Shown: positions 17,643 through 26,510 of the stretch, piece by piece
Position numbering within the stretch: position 1 is the first letter of the stretch
How the letters are laid out: every line of letters begins with the position of its first letter
Origin: an uncultured Bryobacterales bacterium
Lineage (GTDB): Bacteria > Acidobacteriota > Terriglobia > Bryobacterales > UBA6623
Direction of reading: 5' to 3'
DNA length: 64,000 nt
Assembly (NCBI GenBank): GCA_958295955.1
Contig: OY282420.1
Coordinates: 150,236-214,235 of the forward strand
Position numbers and translations under genes: made by a program
The notes under the pieces: generated by a model
What the model was told of the DNA's origin: nothing
The model's input: the letters and a program-made list of their open reading frames with translations, nothing else
Databases searched by the model: none

Positions 17643-18401
17643 TCAGGCGGCGCGGACGAGTTCCGTCCACAAGGCCCGGTAATACTTCAGATAGCGGTCG
17701 GGCTCGCAACTGGCCTGGGTCTCGACGAGCGTGTAACGGTTGTATCCACTGCCTTTGAGCAGGTGGAAGAGTTCGCCGTGCGGGTAGTCGGGAAGCTCGC
17801 GGAGATGCACGTTGAGGATGTGCTTTGCGAGCAACTCGAAGCTTTGGCGGACCGAGCCGTTGCGGATATCGGTGGGGTTGCAATTCCAGCAGATGCCCAC
17901 GTTCTCGTGTCCGCAGGCATTCATGATGGCTTTCATGCGGGCCGGCTCCTGCGTTTTGCGGCCGTGAACCTCGACCCAGATTTCGACGCCGTAACGGGCG
18001 CCGATTTCACCGCATGTCCGCAGCGCTTCGCCGATGCGGCGGATGGTGACATCTTCGGGGACGTTTTCCGGGAGGCCGTTGGGGCGCACCTTGACGCCCC
18101 AGCAGCCCAGGTCGTGCGCGAGCTCGACGAAGCCTTGGGTCTCGTCGATGTTGGCTTGCCGCACCGAGGCGTCGGGCGAGTGGAACTCGCAGGCCGAACC
18201 CAGGCTCAAAAGGCGGACTTTGCTTCCGGCGAAGCGATCCCTGACGCGCTCGATCTCCCGGCGCGGAATGCCGGGTTCGACTCCGTGCATGTGGGTGCTG
18301 CGTAATTCGACGGCCTCGAAGCGGGCGGCCTCGAGCTTTTCGATGATGGTCTCGATGTCCCAGTTGCGGGCGACGTTGTAAGTGACAAGTCCGAGTCTCA
18401 T
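17643..18401 (-). CDS. sugar phosphate isomerase/epimerase (xylose-isomerase-like TIM barrel)
   Basis: A GGAGG Shine-Dalgarno sequence precedes the internal ATG at 18401. MRLGLVTYNVARNWDIETIIEKLEAARFEAVELRSTH... gives 252 aa. Confidence 0.8.
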   Translation of the reverse strand: MRLGLVTYNVARNWDIETIIEKLEAARFEAVELRSTHMHGVEPGIPRREIERVRDRFAGSKVRLLSLGSACEFHSPDASVRQANIDETQGFVELAHDLGCWGVKVRPNGLPENVPEDVTIRRIGEALRTCGEIGARYGVEIWVEVHGRKTQEPARMKAIMNACGHENVGICWNCNPTDIRNGSVRQSFELLAKHILNVHLRELPDYPHGELFHLLKGSGYNRYTLVETQASCEPDRYLKYYRALWTELVRAA

Positions 18402-18460
18402 GGCGGCGCCTCCAGCAGGAGAACTACGGGTACGGGCAGTGTAGCAGAGCGGCGCGGCAA

Positions 18461-19159
18461 TCAGGAAGATATTCTCGGGTCGTAATCCATGTCGGCCGGC
18501 GCTGCCGCGCTGAAAGCCGCCGGCGCATCCGCCCACTCCTTGCGAGCGGTCACCTTCTTGAGGTCGGGCGCGGCGTAAACGAACCTCTCATCGTATTGGC
18601 GATAGAGTGTCTCGAAGAATCGTTCGAACCGCAGCGAGCTGCCGGGATCGGGGAACTCGTCGACGATTTTCCCTGCGCACTCAGGCTGAGTCGAGGCCAA
18701 CGCGAGCGCGATTGCTTCGTAACGGCTGACACCGTCTCGAATGCCGCGTCTGTCGGCCAACTCGCGAAGCGCCGCGTGGAATCGACGAACCGACTCGACC
18801 GGTTGACCGTGGCCGTCAATCGCCACATCGTTCTCTACAAGCGGGCGAACGGCCCGGCTCTGCTCCGCTCCCGGCCCGCCAGGAACCGATCCGACTTCTT
18901 CGGCGCGGTTCGCCCGCATGACGAACAGGTAGCCGCAGACGAGCGGCGGGTAGGCAATGTGGAGATTGGTGCAATCACCAACTGCTTCCTCCATCCGATT
19001 CGTGAGATTCCTGAACGCCCCGATCGCCCCTTTGCACGAGACGGCAAACACCGGCCCGATTCCCTCCTTCGTCACGACCACGTCGACATCCTTCGTCTTG
19101 AGACCGCCGTAAACGGTGCGTTCGCCGCCGCCGCCGAGGCTCGGATTGTGGACCAACAC
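18461..19159 (-). CDS. restriction-endonuclease-like (PD-(D/E)xK-fold) protein, orphan
   Basis: 232 aa with a GTG start. KTKDVDVVVTKEGIGPVFAVSCKGAIGAFRNLTNRMEEAVGD has an Asp strand, an S-x-K strand, and a Glu exactly 14 residues after the Lys. No methyltransferase gene is adjacent. Confidence 0.5.
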   Translation of the reverse strand: MLVHNPSLGGGGERTVYGGLKTKDVDVVVTKEGIGPVFAVSCKGAIGAFRNLTNRMEEAVGDCTNLHIAYPPLVCGYLFVMRANRAEEVGSVPGGPGAEQSRAVRPLVENDVAIDGHGQPVESVRRFHAALRELADRRGIRDGVSRYEAIALALASTQPECAGKIVDEFPDPGSSLRFERFFETLYRQYDERFVYAAPDLKKVTARKEWADAPAAFSAAAPADMDYDPRISS

Positions 19160-19206
19160 CGGCCGCCGCCGGCCGGAGCGCCGTTGCTTGGGTATGATGA
19201 TTGGCG

Positions 19207-21252
19207 ATGCGCATCTTGAGGGTTTCGACCGCCGCCGTCTTTTGTTGCGCGGCGGCGGCGCAAAACGTTCCGTTGGAGGTCTCGCCCGGAATCGGCCCCG
19301 AGATCGTCGTTGCGTCGGACGACGCCTCCGTCACCGTCAACTGGAAGGACGAGGCGCAGCGCGAGTGGGCCGCCGTTTTCCGCCGGGATCCCGCCAAGGC
19401 GCCGATCGCCGCGGTGCGCGTGAACGGCCGGGACGTGCTGCGCGATGCGCGGCCGTTTTACCGGGCCGAGACGGGCAAGCGCCGCAAGGGGTGGAACGCA
19501 TTCTTCGACTACCCGCCGGCGCATCCCGAGGGCACGCAAGCGTGGCAGGGCAGGCTGGCTCTGAAGTCGATTCGCGTGGAGGGCGTCGGCAACCGCGTGC
19601 GCGTTGTCTGCCGCGGCTTTCGCCTGGGGATTTTTTCAGGGGATCTCGTTTATACGTTCTTCCCTGCCTCGCGGTTGATACGGCAGGAAGCGGTGCTCTC
19701 TACCAACGTTCCCGACACGGCTTATTACTACGATGCGGGGCTGGCGTTCGCGGCCCCCGAACACGGGCGCCCCGGACGAAACATGAATACCCGCTTCGCC
19801 TATTACGACACGGCAGGGGAGCTGCAATCGTTGGTTGCCAACGGCCTGCAGCCGGAGCGCGTCCCTTACAAGGTCCGCTACAGGGCTCTCGCTACGGCCG
19901 CGGCGAGCGGAAGCGTTGCGGCCTTCCCTGCCCCGCATCAATACTTTTTCCCGCGCGATTTTACTTCCAACCTGGGGCAAAGTTGGCATCGCGCATGGCG
20001 CGGCGACGTTGCTCTGGGCATCCGTCAGATTCGCGATACGGACTGGCGTTTCTACCCCTGGATGAATGCGCCTCCGGGCAGCTTGCAGCGCATGGGCATG
20101 TTTTTGCTGCTGAGCGGCGAGGCGCCGGAGGCGGCGCTTGAAGACGCCTTGCGCTACACCAACCGCGACCGTTTCCCCGCCCTCGCCGGCTACAAGACGC
20201 TGGCGGCGCATTGGCACTTGGCTTATACGGTTCAGGCGCTCGAAAAAGGCTGGGATTGGACCCCGCCGTTCAAGACCGTTCTGCAGGAGATGGGAGTGGA
20301 TGCCGCGATCATCATGGATTTTCACGGCGATGGCCACCCCCGGGATTTGACCGAGTTGCGCTTGCAGGAGCTCGACAGCTTTTTCAAGGCTTGCCGCGCG
20401 CAGTCGGACGAGCGGTTTTTGTTGATTCCTTCGGAGGAGGCGAACGTGCATCTCGGGGGGCACTGGGCGCTGGTGTTCCCCAAGCCGGTCTATTGGTGGA
20501 TGGACCGGCCGGAAGGCGGAAAGTTCGTCGCCAAGCACAAGAAATACGGAACGGTTTACAGCACCGGAAACGCCGCCGAGCTCTTGCAAATGGTTCGGCG
20601 CGAGAACGGATGGATGTACCAGACGCATGCCCGCACGAAGGGATCGACCGGGTATCCGGACGCGATTCGCGAGACCGAGCATTTTCGGGACCCGCGCTAT
20701 TTCGGCGCGGGATGGAAGGCGATACCGTCGGATCCGTCTTCTCCCCGCCTCGGCGAGCGGGTTTTCAAGTTGCTCGACGATATGCGCAACTGGGGTCTCG
20801 ACAAGCGGATACTGGGCGAGGTGGACGTGTTCCAATTCGACCGCACGCATGAGCTTTACGCGCATATGAACGTCAATTACGTGCGGGCCGACAAGCTGCC
20901 CGATTTCGAGCAATACGGGCGGCTGATGGAGCCGCTGCTGCGCGGCGATATGTTCGTTTCCACCGGGGAGGTCTTGCTTCCCGAGTGGAAAATCACGGGG
21001 GCGGCCGACGAGATTCGGGCTTCAGCGAAAGTGCGCTGGACGTTCCCGTTGAACTTCGCCGAGATCGTTTGGGGCGACGGCGAAAACACCCGGCGGGAAA
21101 TTGTCGCACTGCACTCGAGCGGCTCGTTCGGGGAGCGGAATTTTCAATGGAAATGCCGGGCGCCGGGCTGGAAGTGGGCGCGAATCGCCGTTTGGGACGT
21201 CGCCGCCAATGGGGCGTTCGTGAACCCGGTGAGGCGGCAACCGGCGGAGTAG
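19207..21252 (+). CDS. exported hypothetical protein, C-terminal half with PHP/metal-hydrolase-like His motifs
   Basis: ATG 19207 gives the signal peptide MRILRVSTAAVFCCAAAAQ. Later motifs are AAHWHL, MDFHGDGHP, EEANVHLGGHW and QTHARTKGS. It is a long ORF with good coding bias. Confidence 0.7.
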   Translation: MRILRVSTAAVFCCAAAAQNVPLEVSPGIGPEIVVASDDASVTVNWKDEAQREWAAVFRRDPAKAPIAAVRVNGRDVLRDARPFYRAETGKRRKGWNAFFDYPPAHPEGTQAWQGRLALKSIRVEGVGNRVRVVCRGFRLGIFSGDLVYTFFPASRLIRQEAVLSTNVPDTAYYYDAGLAFAAPEHGRPGRNMNTRFAYYDTAGELQSLVANGLQPERVPYKVRYRALATAAASGSVAAFPAPHQYFFPRDFTSNLGQSWHRAWRGDVALGIRQIRDTDWRFYPWMNAPPGSLQRMGMFLLLSGEAPEAALEDALRYTNRDRFPALAGYKTLAAHWHLAYTVQALEKGWDWTPPFKTVLQEMGVDAAIIMDFHGDGHPRDLTELRLQELDSFFKACRAQSDERFLLIPSEEANVHLGGHWALVFPKPVYWWMDRPEGGKFVAKHKKYGTVYSTGNAAELLQMVRRENGWMYQTHARTKGSTGYPDAIRETEHFRDPRYFGAGWKAIPSDPSSPRLGERVFKLLDDMRNWGLDKRILGEVDVFQFDRTHELYAHMNVNYVRADKLPDFEQYGRLMEPLLRGDMFVSTGEVLLPEWKITGAADEIRASAKVRWTFPLNFAEIVWGDGENTRREIVALHSSGSFGERNFQWKCRAPGWKWARIAVWDVAANGAFVNPVRRQPAE

Positions 21253-21271
21253 CGCCGCCGGCCCGCGGGCG

Positions 21272-23107
21272 TTACCAGGCCAGCGCGTAAGACTTGTCCC
21301 GGCGGGGCCCCGCGGCTCCGAAGACGACGCCGCGGCCGGGGTCGATGCGGATGGCGGTAGCGTCGCCGATCGCCCACTCCCCGACCGGGCGTATCTTGTG
21401 GCCCATCGCTTCGAGGCTCTCGATGACGCCGCCGTTCATGCGGGTCTCGACCAGCATGGTTCCCGGCCGGGTATCGCGGGGGAAGAAGGACGGCGGAAAA
21501 TCGAGGATCTGAATGAGCGGGGCGTCCAGAGCGGACTGGATGTCCATGCCGAATTCGACGACGTTGAGAAAAAATTGCAGATTGACCTGGTCTTGGGCGT
21601 CTCCGCCGGGCGTGCCCCAGGCCATGAAAGGTTTGCCGTTCTTGAGCGCCAGAGTCGGCGTGAGGGTCGTTCGCGGACGCTTGCCGGGTTCGATATTGTT
21701 GGCGCGGGTTGCATCGAGGAAGAAGCTTTGGCCCCGGGTGCCCAGCACGAAGCCCAGACCTTCGACAATCGGCGACGTGGGGAACCAGCCGCCGCTCGGG
21801 GTTGCCGAAAATACGTTGCCTGCGGCGTCGGCCGCGCGCGTGCCGGTGGTCCCCGGCGGGTCGGGACGGAAGGCGATTGCGGCCGGGATGGCGGCGTACT
21901 GCGTATGGCCGGGTTGAAAGGGGTAGGGGTTGCCGGGGCGGAGCTCCAGCGAGGGGGCGTTCCGGTCGATCAACTCGCGGCGCTCGGCGGCGTATTCCTT
22001 CGAGAGGAGTCCCTGTTGGGGCACGCCTACGAAGTCGGGGTCGGCGTAATACCACTCGCGGTCGGCGTAGGCGAGCTTCATGGCCTCGGCGAGCAGGTGG
22101 ATGTATGCGGGCGTGTTGTGGCCCAGCGCCTTGACGTCGAAGCCTTCGAGCAGGTTCAGCGTTTGCAGCAGGACGGGGCCTTGCGACCAGAAGCCCGCCT
22201 TATACACTTCGATGCCCCGGTAGGCGGTCGCCGCCGGCTCTTCGACGCGGGCTTCGAAAGCCGCGAAATCTTCGACTTCGAGCAGCCCCGCGGAGGTGAA
22301 GCCGTTGGCGTCGGTACACTGGAAAGCTTTTTGATAAGCGACGATTTGGCGGGTCATTTCGCCGCGGTAGAAAAGGTCGTAGGCCGCTTGCAGGCCGGCC
22401 TTGCGCCCCTTGGCCGCCGCCGAGCGCTCGGCATCGACGAGGCGCCGCAGCGTGTGCGCCAAGTCTTTTTGAACGAAGATGTCGCCGACTTGCGGCGCCT
22501 TGCCGCCGGGGAGGAAGATTTTCGCGGAAGACGGCCACTCTTCTCGAATGCGCCGCGAAACCGCGTTGAGGCGTTGAACAAAAGAGGGATAGGCCGGGAA
22601 ACCCTCCTCGGCCAAGCGTATGGCCGGCGCCAGCACTTCCGCCAGCGGCATCGTGCCGAACTCGTCGAGAGCGCGGATGAGCGTTCCCGGAACGGCGGGC
22701 ACGGTGGCGGACAGAAAACAGTCTCCCGGCACGGCTTCGATATTGCGCTCCCGGAACCATTCGAGCGCGGCCTTGGCGGGGGCCTGCCCCTGTCCGCTGA
22801 TCGCCAGCGTCTTGCCGCGTTCCGCGCTGTAAACGAGGATGGGGACTTCCCCGCCGAACCCGAAGCGGTCGAACTCGGTGACGGCCTGGGCGAAGACGGC
22901 GGCCACTCCGGCGTCGACGGCATTGCCGCCGTTTTTCAGCATCGTCAAGCCGGCGTCGCTTGCGGCGTGGTGTCCGGAGACGACGACGCCGCGAGCGCCC
23001 ATAACGACGGGGCGGGTCGCGGCGCCCGCCGCCTGAGGCGCAAGCAGAACGGACAATTGCAAAAGAGCGCGGAACGACAAGGCTGCCGCCGGAAAACCGT
23101 AATGCAT
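21272..23107 (-). CDS. ggt: gamma-glutamyltranspeptidase
   Basis: ATG 23107 (MHYGFPAAALS... signal). Contains MGARGVVVSGHHAASDAGLTMLKNGGNAVDA, the autoprocessing-site context PRTTLTPTL, and GTPGGDAQ. Confidence 0.9.
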   Translation of the reverse strand: MHYGFPAAALSFRALLQLSVLLAPQAAGAATRPVVMGARGVVVSGHHAASDAGLTMLKNGGNAVDAGVAAVFAQAVTEFDRFGFGGEVPILVYSAERGKTLAISGQGQAPAKAALEWFRERNIEAVPGDCFLSATVPAVPGTLIRALDEFGTMPLAEVLAPAIRLAEEGFPAYPSFVQRLNAVSRRIREEWPSSAKIFLPGGKAPQVGDIFVQKDLAHTLRRLVDAERSAAAKGRKAGLQAAYDLFYRGEMTRQIVAYQKAFQCTDANGFTSAGLLEVEDFAAFEARVEEPAATAYRGIEVYKAGFWSQGPVLLQTLNLLEGFDVKALGHNTPAYIHLLAEAMKLAYADREWYYADPDFVGVPQQGLLSKEYAAERRELIDRNAPSLELRPGNPYPFQPGHTQYAAIPAAIAFRPDPPGTTGTRAADAAGNVFSATPSGGWFPTSPIVEGLGFVLGTRGQSFFLDATRANNIEPGKRPRTTLTPTLALKNGKPFMAWGTPGGDAQDQVNLQFFLNVVEFGMDIQSALDAPLIQILDFPPSFFPRDTRPGTMLVETRMNGGVIESLEAMGHKIRPVGEWAIGDATAIRIDPGRGVVFGAAGPRRDKSYALAW

Positions 23108-23195
23108 TGGGAGTATTGTAGTCCGCCCGGCCCGCACCCGTTGTCCTGCAGGAAAAGAAGGGCGCGGCTAAGCTATACTGGCGCCGGAAACCGCT

Positions 23196-24686
23196 ATGAA
23201 ACCTACAAGCCTTTTGGCTCCGCTCGTATTCCTTGCAGCTCTGACGACGGTAGGATGTTCCTCCGCTCCGCCGGAAGCGGAACGATCGGGCAAGCCGAAC
23301 ATAGTCGTGATCCTCGCCGACGATCTCGGCTACGGCGATATCGGCGCCAACGGCGGAACGGTCATCGAGACGCATCATATCGATGAATTGGCGGCGCAAG
23401 GCGTGCGCCTCACCGACGGCTACGTGTCGCACCCGGTTTGCAGCCCTTCGCGGGCGGGGCTCTATACGGGCGTCTATCAGCAGCGTTTCGGGTTCGAGTA
23501 CAACGTCGCCGGCCGCGACACCAAGGTCGGGCTGCCGACGGACCGGGTCACCATCGCGAACATGCTCAAGGACGCCGGGTACGCTACCGGCCTCATCGGC
23601 AAGTGGCATCAAGGCAAGCAACGGCGCCATCACCCGATGAGCCGCGGGTTCGACGAGTATTACGGAATGCTGGCCGGCGGATCGACCTACATCGATTCGC
23701 GTCTGCCGGGCGTCGAGTCGTGGCCCGAAAGGAACGCGCCGACGGTCCGCGGGCCGGGGAACGCGATTTTCGACGGGTTCGAGCCGGTCGAGGTGGAAGA
23801 GTACATCACCGACGTATTCACCGCAAAGGGAGTCGATTTTATCGAGCGCCACAAGGACGAGCCGTTTTTCCTGATGATGACGCCGAATACGCCGCATACG
23901 CCCTTGCAGGCCACGGTCGAGTACACCGACCGCTACAAGCACGTCGAAGCCGCGAACGAACGCATCTACGCAGGGATGGTGGCCTCGCTCGACGACATGG
24001 TCGGCGCGTTGACGGCCAAGCTGCGCGAGACCGGCCTGGAAGAGAACACGCTGGTCGTTTTCTTCAGCGACAACGGCTGCGCGGGCTACGTCAACGGCGC
24101 TTGCTCGAACGGGCGTCTGAACGGGTTCAAGCGCTACCACTGGGACGGCGGGATCCGCATCCCCTTCATCTTCAAATGGCCCGCCGGACTGCCGCAAGGC
24201 GAGGAGTACGCGCAGCCGGCGATTTCGCTGGATCTATTTGCGACCTTCGCGGCGGCGGCCGGCTCGGAAGCCGGCGCGCAGGACAGCGTCAATCTGCTGC
24301 CCTACTTGCGCGGCGAGAATGCCGGGGCGCCGCACGAGTTTCTGTTCTGGCGGGCGAAACCGAACCTTGCAGTCCGTTGGGGCAAATGGAAAATGTGGAA
24401 AATCGAGAAATCGGACCGCGACTTGGCGAATTCGAGCGATTCCTCGGGACGGCTGCCGCAGCAGGATTACTCCTGGGACGCGCCCCTCGGTCACCTAACC
24501 CTGCTCTACGATCTTTCCCGGGATATCGGCGAGCGCACGAACGTTGCCGCGGAGCATCCCGACATCGTCGAAAAGCTGGAACGTGAATGGGCGCAGTGGG
24601 ACGCGGAGATGGTCGATCCGGCTTGGCCGGCGCAGCGCTCGATGCTGCAAGCCATTGAGGGACAGACGGTGCAGTTGTATTTCTGA
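23196..24686 (+). CDS. sulfatase (Cys-type, lipoprotein signal)
   Basis: 496 aa. LAALTTVGCSS lipobox, KPNIVVILADDLGYGD, and the CSPSRAGLYTG formylglycine motif. Confidence 0.9.
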   Translation: MKPTSLLAPLVFLAALTTVGCSSAPPEAERSGKPNIVVILADDLGYGDIGANGGTVIETHHIDELAAQGVRLTDGYVSHPVCSPSRAGLYTGVYQQRFGFEYNVAGRDTKVGLPTDRVTIANMLKDAGYATGLIGKWHQGKQRRHHPMSRGFDEYYGMLAGGSTYIDSRLPGVESWPERNAPTVRGPGNAIFDGFEPVEVEEYITDVFTAKGVDFIERHKDEPFFLMMTPNTPHTPLQATVEYTDRYKHVEAANERIYAGMVASLDDMVGALTAKLRETGLEENTLVVFFSDNGCAGYVNGACSNGRLNGFKRYHWDGGIRIPFIFKWPAGLPQGEEYAQPAISLDLFATFAAAAGSEAGAQDSVNLLPYLRGENAGAPHEFLFWRAKPNLAVRWGKWKMWKIEKSDRDLANSSDSSGRLPQQDYSWDAPLGHLTLLYDLSRDIGERTNVAAEHPDIVEKLEREWAQWDAEMVDPAWPAQRSMLQAIEGQTVQLYF

Positions 24687-24695
24687 GGAGCCGCG

Positions 24696-25580
24696 TTACG
24701 GCCGGCCTTGCAGGTCGTAGAGCGCGCCGTTGTCGAGCAGATAGATCAAGTTGAAGTCGCGCGGTTCCCGTTTGCGGCGCTCGAAACCCCCGGTGCGTCC
24801 GACGATCCGGACGGCGGCCGAGTCGGCGGTCCAGCGCAGCCGGAACGAGCGGCCGGAACCGGCGGCCGCTTCCCGCAGGCTCAGCAACGCCGGCGGCTCT
24901 ACGCCGTCGTCGGACCAGAGATGGACGCTGTAATAACCGGCGGCCATGGCGCCGGAGCGCAGCAGCGCAGCGCGGCGGCCGTCGGGCGAAGGGACGAGCG
25001 TATGGCCCGGCATGGCGAAGCGCCATTCCCGCGCAGCCGCATCGTAGGCGTAAAGAGCGGCTTCCGGGCGCTTGCTCGCGTCCGTCCAACTCGCTACGTA
25101 ACGGCGAATTTTTTGCATCGCCGGCAGCGCCCAAGGATTCCAGCACTCGACGACGACGCGCCCGCGCAACAGCCGCGGCCGGGTTACGGTTCGGCCCGCG
25201 GGCAGCGGGATTTCTTCGGTCTCGGAGTTTTCGCTGAGGTAGAGATGCTGCCGGTCGGTCCAGCGCTCGCCTTCCGCCGTCAAAAAAACCGTTCGGTCGC
25301 CCGCGCGGTAGGACTGGTGGATTTTCCCCGCCATGTCCGGCAAATGAACAGCGGCCTCCGACTCGGGGCGGTCGCCCTGCGGCATGGCGGCCAACTCGTC
25401 CGCGTAGCGCAGGATGCGTTCGGTCGGCGGCAGGCGTTGGGGGTAGGCTTCCTCCATTCCGGACCCCCACGAGCCCGGCCCCATGACCGCGATGCAACTC
25501 GCGTGGAAGGCCGCTGCGGGAAAAATTACGGCGACGGCGACGGCCAGCAGCCAGCGCCTGTTTTTCTTGCGGCTTTGCAT
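24696..25580 (-). CDS. hypothetical membrane-anchored/exported protein
   Basis: The internal ATG at 25580 gives MQSRKKNRRWLLAVAVAVIFPAAAF (signal anchor). It lies 16 nt downstream of the thiD stop. I recognise no family. Confidence 0.6.
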   Translation of the reverse strand: MQSRKKNRRWLLAVAVAVIFPAAAFHASCIAVMGPGSWGSGMEEAYPQRLPPTERILRYADELAAMPQGDRPESEAAVHLPDMAGKIHQSYRAGDRTVFLTAEGERWTDRQHLYLSENSETEEIPLPAGRTVTRPRLLRGRVVVECWNPWALPAMQKIRRYVASWTDASKRPEAALYAYDAAAREWRFAMPGHTLVPSPDGRRAALLRSGAMAAGYYSVHLWSDDGVEPPALLSLREAAAGSGRSFRLRWTADSAAVRIVGRTGGFERRKREPRDFNLIYLLDNGALYDLQGRP

Positions 25581-25596
25581 CGTGTTTGCGCTGCCG

Positions 25597-26400
25597 TCAG
25601 GCCGCAGCGAAAGCCCCCGATCGAGTCGGCGCGTGGTGGTTGACGGGGCCGTTGCCGCGGCCCAATCCGGGAGCCGTGCGGATAGCTTCGCCGATGAAGC
25701 TCTTGGCCTGCGCGACCGCTTGCGCAAGCGGCTGTCCGCGGGCCAGCAGCGCCGTAATAGCCGCGGAGTACGTGCAGCCCGTGCCGTGCGTATGCGGCGT
25801 GTCGTAACGCGCCGAAGAATAAAAGCGGGCATCGCCGCCGCTCCACAGCAGATCGACGGGCTCGCCGCTCAGGTGGCCCCCCTTGATCAGCACGTTGCGG
25901 GCGCCGCAGCCGGCGATTCTTTCGGCTGCTTCCTCCATCGCGGCGGGCGTATCGACCTCGATTCCGGCAAGCGCCGACGCCTCATGCAAGTTGGGCGTCG
26001 CCAGATATGCCTGCGGCAGCAAGCGTTCCCGCAGCGCATGCACGGCATCGGCTTCGACGAGCGGGGCGCCGTGCTTGCTCATCATCACCGGATCGACTAC
26101 CAGCGGGACCCGCAACCGCTGCGCCCACGCTGCAACGATTTCGGTGACGGCCGCGTTGCCCAGCGCGCCGACTTTGGCGGCGGCCGGCGGGATGTCTTCC
26201 ATGACGGCCTCCAACTGGCGCTCCACGAGTTGCGCATCGAGCGGGAGAACGTCCAGCATCTTGAAGCTGTTCTGAACGGTGACGACCGTCAACACGGAGG
26301 TTCCGTAAACTCCGAATTGGTGAAATGTCTTGAGGTCCGCCTGTATGCCGGCGCCTCCCGAAGGGTCGGACCCGGCAACGCTCAAGGCAACGGGACGCAT
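25597..26400 (-). CDS. thiD: hydroxymethylpyrimidine/phosphomethylpyrimidine kinase
   Basis: 267 aa. VAGSDPSGGAGIQADLKTF, LVVDPVMMSKHG and THGTGCTYSAAI motifs. Confidence 0.9.
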   Translation of the reverse strand: MRPVALSVAGSDPSGGAGIQADLKTFHQFGVYGTSVLTVVTVQNSFKMLDVLPLDAQLVERQLEAVMEDIPPAAAKVGALGNAAVTEIVAAWAQRLRVPLVVDPVMMSKHGAPLVEADAVHALRERLLPQAYLATPNLHEASALAGIEVDTPAAMEEAAERIAGCGARNVLIKGGHLSGEPVDLLWSGGDARFYSSARYDTPHTHGTGCTYSAAITALLARGQPLAQAVAQAKSFIGEAIRTAPGLGRGNGPVNHHAPTRSGAFAAA

Positions 26401-26510
26401 CTTGACGGCAGACCTATCTTAGCAGCGGATAGCGGGCAGTGGATAGTGGACGGCGACGGCAAGACCGCGAACCGCCGGCAACCGCAGCGCATGGCATCAT
26501 GAGGGGCAGG

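Noticed and set aside
26401-26510. Possible TPP riboswitch upstream of thiD.
   Set aside because: On the thiD-coding strand I find neither the CUGAGA element nor the pyrimidine-sensor helix sequence. Only short direct and inverted repeats are present.
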